Below, piece after piece: positions 1-8,814 of a DNA stretch of 59,889 bases. Made by a program: the position numbers and the translations under genes. A model generated the notes under the pieces. The model searched no databases. It was not told the DNA's origin and saw only the letters and a program-made list of their open reading frames with translations. The DNA is from a virus (lineage: Duplodnaviria > Caudoviricetes): positions 1 through 59,889 of the IMG/VR virus record IMGVR_UViG_3300010371_000040; one strand, given 5' to 3'. Positions within the stretch are counted from its first letter, which is position 1. Every line of letters starts with the position of its first letter.

Positions 1-180
1 ACGTCGGTGGCGCCCGACAGGTCCGGCAGGGCGGTCAGGCCCGGGTTGTTCTCGATCCAGACGTCGGTGGCGCCCGACAGGTCCGGCAGGGCGGTCAGGC
101 CCGGGTTGTTCACGATCCTGACGTCGGTCGCGGCGGGCAGGTCGGGCAGCGACGTCAGCCCGGGGTTGTTCTCGACCCTG
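1..180. repeat. 60-bp tandem repeat (20-aa LRR unit), same unit at 59742-59889
   Basis: Lines 1, 61 and 121 are near-identical; bases 5-55 are identical to the last 51 bases of the window. Confidence 0.95.
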
Positions 181-257
181 ACGCGAGTAACCTTGCCCAG
201 ATCCATCTTCAGGAAGGCGGCGAGAGTGACCAGCTTTCCGTTGGCTTGGATTGTCAT
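1..257 (-). CDS. N-terminal part of leucine-rich-repeat protein (continues across the origin into 59889-59552)
   Basis: ATG at 257 with GGAG RBS; translates MTIQANGKLVTLAAFLKMDLGKVTRVRVENNPGLTSLPDLPAATDVRIVNNPGLTALPDLSGATD..., open to base 1. Confidence 0.8.
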   Translation of the reverse strand, partial: MTIQANGKLVTLAAFLKMDLGKVTRVRVENNPGLTSLPDLPAATDVRIVNNPGLTALPDLSGATDVWIENNPGLTALPDLSGATD

Positions 258-259
258 TT

Positions 260-688
260 TTATCTCCTCAATTTGGTGGTGAAAGGGGCAAATATCTCAA
301 CGACGCGCGCGCACTTCGCCGCGTCGAAAAACTCAATGTCGCACCGCTCGCTGGCAGGCAATTGCATCTGCTCGCGGAGCCATTTGTAGGCGTGCCCCTG
401 CGCGCGGAAATAGCCGATGTTGTCCCGCCTGGCAGCCGCGCGGACCAGCCAGTCGAAATGCTGGTGCGCCGCCTCGCGAGCGGCCCGCAGATCGGCATCG
501 GCCATCGTGCCCAGCGGACGCTCGGTCTTCGCCTGCGCACCGATCCAGGCCGCGTCACCGGCGCAGTACCAGAACTTCTTGTCCGCAAGATCCTGGTCTC
601 GCCGATCGCCATAGATCACCGAGCCGGCGACCAGCACGGCATCACCGCCGCAATACGGGCAGATCGGGGGCGAGACGGGCTTGACCAT
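260..688 (-). CDS. DUF3268-like zinc-finger protein
   Basis: CPYCG...IYG...FWYC...PLGTMADADLRAAREAAHQHFD pattern typical of this phage family. Confidence 0.75.
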   Translation of the reverse strand: MVKPVSPPICPYCGGDAVLVAGSVIYGDRRDQDLADKKFWYCAGDAAWIGAQAKTERPLGTMADADLRAAREAAHQHFDWLVRAAARRDNIGYFRAQGHAYKWLREQMQLPASERCDIEFFDAAKCARVVEIFAPFTTKLRR

Positions 689-1543
689 TCAGCGCCGGGC
701 CTCAGGTCGCTTTTTCGTGCACCAATTGCACTCCGCGACGTAGCAGTGATCCCGGCCAGCGCACGCCTTGGGGAAATTGCATTCGACATAGGGAGGCCGT
801 TGCGCCTCTGGAGTCGAGTTGTAGAGTTCCAGCTTCCGTGCATATCGCTCGCGCGCCAATATCCATGCTTTAGGCTCATCCCATTCCGGCTTGAGCGGCT
901 GCAGGCGGATGCCGTTTCCTTCATCCACCGCCGCGAGCCGCAGATGTGCAGCGAACCGCGCGAAGATCGGAATGAAAACCTCCTGCCGAAGGAACAAGCC
1001 GCCCGTGCCGACGTGCTGATGCCAGGGCCTAATCCAACGCGGGCGCGTCAAGGAACGCAGATAATAGTCGTCCTTGGTGTTGATATAGGCCAGCTCAACG
1101 AAACCGGCGGGGCATGGCCCATGCCAAGGGCCGCGCATGGTTGCCTCGGCTCCATCGGACATCAGAATGTCGATATGGGCACCGGCGAAACCATCCTCTT
1201 GCCTTGTGCAAAGGCGCTCGACGTCGCGCCACTCACCGGGCTCGATTCCCCAATTGTCCCCCTGATCTGGATACTGCTTCATCTGGCCTTCGGGGGTGAA
1301 AAATCGCTTCACCGTATCCATCACGAGCGGGCTGCTCTGATAATAAGCCTCGGCCCGGCCATCGTCCGACACCGCGAGGAATAGGCTCTTGTCTCGCGTG
1401 AACCGCTTGTTCTCCCATTTGCGTAGGTTCGTGTTCGTTTTCAGCGTGAACCGAGGAATGTTGCCGAAGCCGTCACCCCACCATATATGCAGGCCGGTCG
1501 CCCACGTGGGAATTTCCTGACGGCCGATCGGCAGATCGATCAC
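689..1543 (-). CDS. hypothetical protein
   Basis: Part of ORF 689-1975; likely start GTG at 1543 behind GGAG; abuts the downstream gene. Confidence 0.65.
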   Translation of the reverse strand: MIDLPIGRQEIPTWATGLHIWWGDGFGNIPRFTLKTNTNLRKWENKRFTRDKSLFLAVSDDGRAEAYYQSSPLVMDTVKRFFTPEGQMKQYPDQGDNWGIEPGEWRDVERLCTRQEDGFAGAHIDILMSDGAEATMRGPWHGPCPAGFVELAYINTKDDYYLRSLTRPRWIRPWHQHVGTGGLFLRQEVFIPIFARFAAHLRLAAVDEGNGIRLQPLKPEWDEPKAWILARERYARKLELYNSTPEAQRPPYVECNFPKACAGRDHCYVAECNWCTKKRPEARR

Positions 1544-1714
1544 GCTCCACGACGGATCGCCTTTGTATCCGATGCGGATCGAATGCGACTGCTCATCAGA
1601 ACAAAACAATGGATGGTCTCCCGGTTGGCTTGGTGACGGGACCGTCGCACATAACGTATTTTGTGTAAAGACCTGTATTGCGCTGCCGACATTTTTCTGT
1701 TTATCGTTGCCGGC

Positions 1715-1915
1715 ATGAGCGACCAAGCACTCTTCACGAAAGCACTTCACCACGTCGGCGGCCAGATCCAGGCACTCGCAAATGCCTGCGGCGTTACCAG
1801 GCCGACGATCTATCTCTGGCAGTCGAAAGTGAATGCCGATCCGCCAGAGGTGCTGACGTTGCACGCGAAACTGAAACTCCGGAAAGCCGCCGGACTGGGG
1901 GACGAAGATGGCTGA
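1715..1915 (+). CDS. Cro-like HTH regulator
   Basis: 66 aa, IQALANACGVTRPTIYLW helix-turn-helix; first gene of the rightward arm, divergent from the leftward arm. Confidence 0.75.
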   Translation: MSDQALFTKALHHVGGQIQALANACGVTRPTIYLWQSKVNADPPEVLTLHAKLKLRKAAGLGDEDG

Positions 1916-2174
1916 CAAGGTAAGCGCCTGGCAGGCAGCGGATGGTTCGATCTTTCTGGTCGAGCAGGACGCCAAGGACCGCGATTTCGAGATCGCCTTG
2001 CGAGCTTGGGCACAGGACTATTTTAATACGCCCGGCGACGAAGCGCTTTCCGCGCAGCAAGAAAATTTCATTGCGGCGATGATCGCTGAACGGTCGAAGC
2101 TGCTGGCGATCTTCAAGCTGCTGAACGGCGGCAATCCTATCGTGGCACCGGCCCGGAGCGAGGAACCCCAATGA
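1908..2174 (+). CDS. hypothetical protein
   Basis: Overlapping start/stop with neighbours. Confidence 0.7.
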   Translation: MADKVSAWQAADGSIFLVEQDAKDRDFEIALRAWAQDYFNTPGDEALSAQQENFIAAMIAERSKLLAIFKLLNGGNPIVAPARSEEPQ

Positions 2175-2419
2175 CCGACGCCCGGACCGACGACGAGATC
2201 ACCTTGAGGGTCGGCCAGCTGGCGCTCGATCACTTCGGTATGGCAGATCGCCCCGTCGCGTCGACGAGCATCGAGTCCCTCGACCTGGACAGCCTCGACT
2301 ACATCGAGTGGATCCTGCTGGTCGAGGAGGCGTTCCGGATCGAACTGCCGGACGATGCGGCTATGAAGTTCACCACCGTCGGCGACATCGCCGATTTCGT
2401 GCGGCACGCCCGCAAATAA
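2171..2419 (+). CDS. acyl carrier protein (AcpP-like)
   Basis: Acidic 82 aa; LDLDSLDYIEWILLVEEAFRIELPDDAAMKFTTVGDIADFV has the DSL phosphopantetheine site and EEAF/TVGD motifs. Confidence 0.9.
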   Translation: MTDARTDDEITLRVGQLALDHFGMADRPVASTSIESLDLDSLDYIEWILLVEEAFRIELPDDAAMKFTTVGDIADFVRHARK

Positions 2420-2435
2420 CACAGTAGAGAAAACG

Positions 2436-3254
2436 ATGACGGAAAGTGCTGCCGAGGGCGCGCGGCGGGAGAATTTCGGCGCCAAGGACTTTCTAGCGGC
2501 GGAAGCCGAGCTCAACGACCTGCTGAACAAGGTCGAGTCGGCGAAGGGCCGGTACAAGGCCGCCCGCAAGCGTTGGAAGTCGGACGGCCTCAACCTCGCC
2601 ATGTACGACGCCGTGCAGACGCTCAAGAAGCAGGACGAGGCGGACGTTGCCGACAACGAGCGCGATCGGCTGAAGTACGCCAAGTGGGCGAACCTCGACC
2701 TCGGCTTCCAATCGACGTTCGAATTCACGCCGCTGACGCCAAAGGAACAAGAACAGCGAGACATGAACGACGCGACGCAGTTGGGCTATCTCGCCGGCCG
2801 CCGCGGCGACGAGCGCAAGTCCAACCCGTTCCAGGCTGGCACCGTGGCCTACGCCGCCTTCGACACCGGCTGGATCAACGGCGAGAAAGAGCACTTCGAC
2901 GACGCCAAGAAGGAACCTCGCCAGCCCGCGAAGGGCGCCGGGCCGGAAGTGTCGGGCGGCGCGAAGAAGCGGAAGGCGGCGAAAGAACAGAACCCCGAGC
3001 CGGTAGGCGGCAACGCCGAGCCGGGCGCAGCAGCGGGCGCGGAGCCGCTGCGGGAAGGTGGCTCTCTCGTCGAAGCCACAGAGGCTAGCCAAGGCGAAGG
3101 CGTCCGCACATCAGAGCAGGCGGGTAGCGCTCAACCAGAGGACGATGCCGAAGCCGGTGGGAGCCCGGCACCTGAAGCCGAAATTCCGATCAGCGGCGCT
3201 CCGGTCCAAGACGAAGACCCGCTGGAAATCCCGGCGTTTCTCAAGCGGTCATAG
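2436..3254 (+). CDS. GapR/DUF2312-like DNA-binding N-terminus plus RMF-like motif and acidic tail
   Basis: KRWKSDGLNLAMYDAVQTLKKQD resembles the GapR family; GYLAGRRGDERKSNPF...GW motif; EIPAFLKRS tail. Confidence 0.5.
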   Translation: MTESAAEGARRENFGAKDFLAAEAELNDLLNKVESAKGRYKAARKRWKSDGLNLAMYDAVQTLKKQDEADVADNERDRLKYAKWANLDLGFQSTFEFTPLTPKEQEQRDMNDATQLGYLAGRRGDERKSNPFQAGTVAYAAFDTGWINGEKEHFDDAKKEPRQPAKGAGPEVSGGAKKRKAAKEQNPEPVGGNAEPGAAAGAEPLREGGSLVEATEASQGEGVRTSEQAGSAQPEDDAEAGGSPAPEAEIPISGAPVQDEDPLEIPAFLKRS

Positions 3255-3533
3255 AATTTGCCGGGTGCCGTGACGGGCGGCATTAAACGGGTGAGCGGCC
3301 AGCCAAAGGGGTCACAGAAGTGATGAGTATGGCACCAACAAGCTACCCGGCACCGTAATTCTGGGCGGGGTCGTGGGCGATCTGCAGCGGAATCAAATGC
3401 GGAGAGAGCCCTCAGTGAACGCCAACTTAAAGGCGTGACCAGTTCGGCAGAGTAGCGAACAGGCCGGCCACCGCTTCCATCAACGGGTCCTCACCTTGGC
3501 GAGCGTTGGCCGGTTCCTTAACGGAGAAATGGG

Positions 3534-3731
3534 ATGTCTGAGATCACCTATCGGATCTGGTTCACGCCCGCCGTCAATGGCGCACCGCAGGCTCTTCCCG
3601 CGCCCGACTATGAGTTTCACGAGCGCGCCGCCGCGGAGACGGTTGCCGACCACCTCGGCACGGTGAACAACCCTTGCTGGAACGGCGTCTATAGCGTCGT
3701 CGAGCAGATTGGCGGGAGGCCGCGGGCGTGA
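3534..3731 (+). CDS. hypothetical protein
   Basis: ORF behind GGAG, overlaps next start. Confidence 0.55.
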   Translation: MSEITYRIWFTPAVNGAPQALPAPDYEFHERAAAETVADHLGTVNNPCWNGVYSVVEQIGGRPRA

Positions 3732-3885
3732 GGGTCGTCGAGCAAATCGATCTCGCCACGCGCGCGATGTACACGATGGACGATGGGCAGGTTTTCTTCG
3801 TTGATCGGCGCGGTTGGATTTTCCATTCTGATGGTCATCCGGCATCGCATCCGCTTGTCGAGGAATTCATTGTGGCGGTCGTCGC

Positions 3886-4530
3886 ATGGGAAAGCTGATG
3901 TCCGTGTATGCCAGCCGCACCGGCACCAAGCGCAATCTCGCGGCGATTGCCGAAGCGGGGTGGGGATTGCTGGTCTCTCGTGCTGGAGAATGGCGGACCG
4001 AGGGCTTTGTCGATTGGGTTGCCGACAATGGCGCCTGGGCGGACTTCCAAGCCGGGCAGCCGTTTGACGAGGATATGTTCGAAGAATTCCTGCAATGGAT
4101 TGAAAGCCAATCGATTGCGCCGCGCTGGCTTGTGCTCCCCGATATAGTCGCCGGCGGCCTCGAATCCCTTTCACTGTCGCTCCGCTTTCGGAATCGCTGT
4201 CTTTCTGTAGCACCGCTCGTACTGATCGCAGTCCAGGATGGCATGGAACACGATCATCTTGCTCCGCACGTAGGGCCGTCAGTCGGCATATTCTTGGGCG
4301 GATCGACCGGCTGGAAGCTCAAGCAGATGCGGTATTGGGGCGAATTCTGCGCTGACCGCAATATTCACTATCACGTTGCGAGAGTTAACACGGCGCGGCG
4401 GATGTTTCTTGCCTCTGCGGCAAATGCCGATGGCGTAGATGGGTCTAGCGGCTCTCGCTTTGCCGTAACCATCAGAAAGCTGGACTTAGCAAGGCGTCAA
4501 CCCGATCTCTTCGCGCCGAGGGTCACATGA
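3886..4530 (+). CDS. tRNA-guanine transglycosylase/DpdA-like TIM-barrel protein
   Basis: DNGAW, LPDIV, AVQDG, IFLGG, HVARVN, DGVDGSS motifs in the order seen in TGT-like folds. Confidence 0.6.
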   Translation: MGKLMSVYASRTGTKRNLAAIAEAGWGLLVSRAGEWRTEGFVDWVADNGAWADFQAGQPFDEDMFEEFLQWIESQSIAPRWLVLPDIVAGGLESLSLSLRFRNRCLSVAPLVLIAVQDGMEHDHLAPHVGPSVGIFLGGSTGWKLKQMRYWGEFCADRNIHYHVARVNTARRMFLASAANADGVDGSSGSRFAVTIRKLDLARRQPDLFAPRVT

Positions 4531-5075
4531 CCCCGCGCGCCGGCGCCCTCTGCCTTGATCTGGGCAGCGACTGTGGTTGGGCCAGGGAGCGCCCCGGCCT
4601 TCCGCCGCGCCTCGGCACGTGGAATCTCCGCGCTCCATCGAAGCATCCGGGCGCGATGCTCTGCAACCTCACGGACTTCCTGTGGGATCATTGCAGCGAT
4701 GACCCGCCCGAGAAGATCGTCTACGAAGCGCCGTTCATGATGATCCCCAAGCAGGGCGACAAGGCGATGGGAAATGCCGCGACGCTGGAGCACCTCCTGT
4801 GCCTCACAGCGCCGGTGAAGATGATGGGCTGCCGTCTCTCGATCCCGGTCTATCTGATCGCGGTCAGCAGCGCGCGCAAAGGGTTCTGCGGCAACGGGCG
4901 CGCGACGAAGGAAGAGGTCTATGAAGAAGCCGTACGACGCGGATGGAACCCGGCCAACATGCACGAGTCGGACGCCGGAGCTTTGAGCGATCAGTACCAG
5001 CAGCTTTTCCATCCCGAAGAGTGGGCGCGGTGCAATCCGGGACTCGCGGCGGCGCGGGCGTATAGGAGGCGATGA
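4527..5075 (+). CDS. RuvC-like Holliday junction resolvase
   Basis: ALCLDLG..CGWA, IVYEAP, GNGRATKEEV, ESDA acidic motifs. Confidence 0.75.
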   Translation: MTPRAGALCLDLGSDCGWARERPGLPPRLGTWNLRAPSKHPGAMLCNLTDFLWDHCSDDPPEKIVYEAPFMMIPKQGDKAMGNAATLEHLLCLTAPVKMMGCRLSIPVYLIAVSSARKGFCGNGRATKEEVYEEAVRRGWNPANMHESDAGALSDQYQQLFHPEEWARCNPGLAAARAYRRR

Positions 5076-6520
5076 TGACCGACGGCCGCAAACCCCAAAG
5101 CAAGACGGACAACAGAGGACCGGTGATGGATTACGACGAGTTTCTGGATAGGAAGACGCAGATCGGCACGCAGGACGGGTTTGATCCGGTGTTCGAGCCG
5201 GAGTTCCTGTTCGATTTCCAGCACGCGCTGGTCGAGTGGGCGGTGCTCAAGGGACGCTCGGCCATATTCGCCGACTGCGGCATGGGCAAGACCGCGATGC
5301 AGTTGGCTTGGGCAGAAAATATCGTTCGAAAGACGAACCGGTCGGCGTTGATCCTCACTCCGCTCGCTGTCGCTCATCAGACCGCCCGCGAGGCCGCGAA
5401 GTTCGATATCGAGGCGCACGTCTCGACCGACGGGACCGTTCGACCCGGCATCAACATCGCCAACTACGAGAAGCTCCACTATTTCGACGCCAACGACTTC
5501 GCCGGCACGGTGTGCGATGAGAGCTCAATCCTCAAATCGTTCGACGGGACAAGACGACAACAGATCACCGAATTCATGCGCAAGATGCGATATCGGCTGC
5601 TCTGCACCGCTACGCCGTCGCCGAACGAATATATCGAGCTCGGCACGTCGAGCGAGGCGCTCGGCTATCTCGGCTACATGGACATGCTGACGAGGTTCTT
5701 CAAAAACGACCAGGGCAATTCGATCAAGCCGAATGTCTTCCGTGACAAGGGCCGCAACCACGCCAAACTCGACGACAACGCGAAATGGCGGTTCAAGGGG
5801 CACGCCGAGGGTCCGTTCTGGCAGTGGGTGTGCTCGTGGGCGAGGGCCATGCGCAAGCCGTCCGACCTTGGGTTCAGTGACGGTGATTTCGTTCTGCCCC
5901 CTCTGGTCGAACAGCAGCACCTTGTTCATGCCACCTCGCGGCCTGACGGCATGCTGTTCGCGCTTCCCGCCTACGGGTTGCAGGAGCAGCGCGAGGAGCG
6001 GCGCCGGACTATCGACGAGAGGTGCGAGGCGGCGGCCGGACTGGTCAACCGCACGGGCGCGCCGGCGATTGTCTGGTGCCATCTCAACGACGAGGGCAAC
6101 TCGCTCGAGAGGCTGATACCGGACGCCGTGCAGGTCAGCGGAACCGATTGCGACGACGCGAAGGAAGAGAAGTTCACCGCCTTCGTCGACGGCAAGGCGC
6201 GTGTCCTGATCACCAAGGACAAGATCGGCGCCTGGGGCCTCAACTTTCAGCACTGCGCGCACTCGGTATCGTTCCCGACGCACTCATTCGAAGGCTACTA
6301 CCAATCGGTGCGCCGATGCTGGCGGTTCGGCCAGACGAGGCAGGTCGTGTCCGACATCGTGACGACCGAGGGCGAGAAAGACATCCTCGCCAACCTGCAG
6401 CGCAAATCTGCCGCCGCGGACAAAATGTTCACCGCCCTGATCGGCTACATGAACGACGCGATCGCCGTTGATCGCAGCACGAAATTCACTAAGAAAGAGG
6501 AACTGCCAGCATGGCTGTGA
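5072..6520 (+). CDS. SF2 (SNF2-like) helicase
   Basis: Walker A DCGMGKT, DESS, CTATP, GLNFQ, YYQSVRRCWRFGQ. Confidence 0.9.
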   Translation: MMTDGRKPQSKTDNRGPVMDYDEFLDRKTQIGTQDGFDPVFEPEFLFDFQHALVEWAVLKGRSAIFADCGMGKTAMQLAWAENIVRKTNRSALILTPLAVAHQTAREAAKFDIEAHVSTDGTVRPGINIANYEKLHYFDANDFAGTVCDESSILKSFDGTRRQQITEFMRKMRYRLLCTATPSPNEYIELGTSSEALGYLGYMDMLTRFFKNDQGNSIKPNVFRDKGRNHAKLDDNAKWRFKGHAEGPFWQWVCSWARAMRKPSDLGFSDGDFVLPPLVEQQHLVHATSRPDGMLFALPAYGLQEQREERRRTIDERCEAAAGLVNRTGAPAIVWCHLNDEGNSLERLIPDAVQVSGTDCDDAKEEKFTAFVDGKARVLITKDKIGAWGLNFQHCAHSVSFPTHSFEGYYQSVRRCWRFGQTRQVVSDIVTTEGEKDILANLQRKSAAADKMFTALIGYMNDAIAVDRSTKFTKKEELPAWL

Positions 6521-6716
6521 AGAAGGGCTACAAGCAGTCTCCAGAGCATATCCGCAAGCGCATCAGAACCCCCGCGCAAAATTGGATGAAATCTCTGTCG
6601 CTGAAATCCGCTCTATCAGGGCTGCGACCGGAGAATATTACGCAAAAATTGGCGCTAAGTACGGGGTTTCTGCGCAGCAAGTGTTCAGAATAGTCAATCT
6701 AAAATCCTGGAGTTAA
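6511..6716 (+). pseudogene. remnant of HNH homing endonuclease (NUMOD3-like plus C-terminal HTH, nuclease core missing, frame-disrupted)
   Basis: MAVKKGYKQSPEHIRKR in one frame; NPRAKLDEISVAEIR...IGAKYGVSAQQVFRIVNLKSWS in another; AT-rich. Confidence 0.6.
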
Positions 6717-6718
6717 AC

Positions 6719-7690
6719 ATGCCGGTAATCGACCAAGTTATTACTGAGAGATATGCTATATATAATTCTGATTGTATCGACATAATGAAGTCCCTGCCCG
6801 ACGAAAAGATACACCTGTCGGTCTATTCCCCTCCGTTTGGAGGTCTATTCCAATATTCCAGCAGCGAGCGCGATCTATCGAACGCCGACAGCTACGAGCA
6901 GTTTTTCGAGCACTACGCCTTCGTGGTGCGCGAACTCGCCCGACTGACGGTGCCCGGTCGGATGACGGCGGTGCATTGCATGGATGTCCCAAGCGGCAAC
7001 ACCGGAACCGATTTCCTCATCGACTTTCCCGGCGACATTATCCGACTGCACCAGCGCGAGGGATGGAATTTCATAGCTCGGTATGCCGTCTGGAAAGAAC
7101 CGCTGGCCGTGCGTAATCGCACCATGGCGAAGAACCTGGCGCATCGATCGCTAGTCGAGGACAGTTCTCGATGCAGTGTCGCCTCGGCCGATTACCTCTT
7201 GGTGTTCCGTCGTGCCGGCGAGAACAAAATCCCGATCACCCATCCGACCGGGCTGATGGATTATGCCGGATCGCGACTCCCACCGACCGACGTTCTGAAG
7301 TTCCGCGGCTGGACGGGCAATCAGATCGAGAACAAGTTCTCGCATTGGATCTGGCGCCAGTACGCGTCGGCCTTCTGGGATGACGTCCGCATTGAGCGCG
7401 TGCTGCCGTTCAAGCAGGCTCGAGACGAACAGGACGAAAAGCACGTCCACCCGCTGCAACTCGACGTGATCGAGCGGGTGGTCACACTGTGGAGCAATCC
7501 GGGCGAAACCGTGCTTACGCCGTTCATGGGCGTGGGCAGCGAGGTCTTCGGCGCGGTCTCGCTCGGCCGGCGCGGCATCGGCGTCGAACTGAAGCCGACC
7601 TATTACCGTCAGTCCGTCAAGAACATGGCTCGCGTCGGTACGCCGGTCGAATACTCCACGCGCGACATGTTCGACGAGGCAATGGCATGA
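6719..7690 (+). CDS. DNA amino-methyltransferase (N4-C/N6-A, beta class)
   Basis: Catalytic SPPF motif precedes SAM-binding TPFMGVGS...GIGVELK. Confidence 0.9.
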   Translation: MPVIDQVITERYAIYNSDCIDIMKSLPDEKIHLSVYSPPFGGLFQYSSSERDLSNADSYEQFFEHYAFVVRELARLTVPGRMTAVHCMDVPSGNTGTDFLIDFPGDIIRLHQREGWNFIARYAVWKEPLAVRNRTMAKNLAHRSLVEDSSRCSVASADYLLVFRRAGENKIPITHPTGLMDYAGSRLPPTDVLKFRGWTGNQIENKFSHWIWRQYASAFWDDVRIERVLPFKQARDEQDEKHVHPLQLDVIERVVTLWSNPGETVLTPFMGVGSEVFGAVSLGRRGIGVELKPTYYRQSVKNMARVGTPVEYSTRDMFDEAMA

Positions 7691-8143
7691 CCAAGGGCGA
7701 ATTCATCGAAAAGCTGATCGCCGACCTGATGCGATCTCATCCGCTGAAGACGGCGGCTCAGCGTCGGCGGCTGGCCGAGGAGATCTGGCGGCAATACATG
7801 CTGCACGGGTTCGGTCCGTAATTTCTTGACCGATCCACTTAATAGGGAATAGCTTTTCAACCGTCCGCCCCGGCCAGGGCACATGGACACGGGTGGGGTA
7901 GTCGCCGGAGTCGTTCCCGGTCGGCAGCTCCACCCACCCCTGCCGCATTCTTGCGGCGCGAACGACAGGAGAAAACGCCATGAGTGCGCCAGGACCACAA
8001 TCCACCGAGCACCTTTCCAGTCTCCGCGCTGCCCTGACAGCCGACGACCTGTTCATCCCCTCCGCCCTTCCCCGTGACAGCGGCGAGCGCGCGACCGTGG
8101 AAATCCTCGCGTCGATTGAGCGGGCTGTCGAGCGGGTGTCATC

Positions 8144-8563
8144 ATGACCCGGACCACCGATACACCCCATAGGGGACATACAGAACTACCGTGGCGCGTG
8201 ACTGAAACTTGGTCGCCGCCGGTCGGCAACTATTCGCCAGGGCCGAATGAAGAGGTTCGCGACGGAAAGATTTTCTGGGGCTACTCGATTTCTGGCAGCG
8301 ACGAGCGCGGTGCTCATATCCTGCCAACCCTTGGCGCGATCCACAACTTTCCAGATCAAATCCACGCCAACGCCGCCTTCATTGTCCAGGCCGTCAACTC
8401 CCACTATGGGCTGATAGAGGCGCTGGAGAAGGCGCGCGACACTTTCCGCCACTACGGAGACCTGCACGCCGCCAAGCCCGACGAGGTGAAGGCAAAGCGC
8501 AACTACGACCTCGCCGACGAAATGGATGCAGCACTTAAGGCAGCGAGAGGGGAGAAGTCGTGA
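8144..8563 (+). CDS. hypothetical protein
   Basis: ANAAFIVQAVNSH..LIEALE motif common in phage accessory genes. Confidence 0.65.
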   Translation: MTRTTDTPHRGHTELPWRVTETWSPPVGNYSPGPNEEVRDGKIFWGYSISGSDERGAHILPTLGAIHNFPDQIHANAAFIVQAVNSHYGLIEALEKARDTFRHYGDLHAAKPDEVKAKRNYDLADEMDAALKAARGEKS

Positions 8564-8814
8564 GCGAGCGCCCCTTCTCGCCCGCGAGCGATCCGCCCGA
8601 GCCCACGCACTGCCACCTCTGCGGCGACAAATTCTCAGCGCTCGCACCGCGCCACAAGCACCATCGCGACTGCTGCACGCACTGCATCCGTGAAAAGCTG
8701 CTAAGCATCCAAGGCATCGATATGACGGACCGTCGGCCGTGGATCGATCAGCTTTACGCTGCTTGGCTGGCTCAGGACGACCAGCCGTTCGATGTTCCGG
8801 AGCGGTCCGAATGA
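8560..8814 (+). CDS. small Cys/His-rich hypothetical protein
   Basis: CHLC...CTHC; coupled start/stop with neighbours. Confidence 0.55.
   Translation: MSERPFSPASDPPEPTHCHLCGDKFSALAPRHKHHRDCCTHCIREKLLSIQGIDMTDRRPWIDQLYAAWLAQDDQPFDVPERSE

Noticed and set aside
1-55. True terminal direct repeats
   Set aside because: The shared sequence is one unit of an intragenic tandem repeat, so it more likely marks an assembly break
3253-3480. tRNA genes
   Set aside because: No proper acceptor stem, T-arm spacing or anticodon arm could be built
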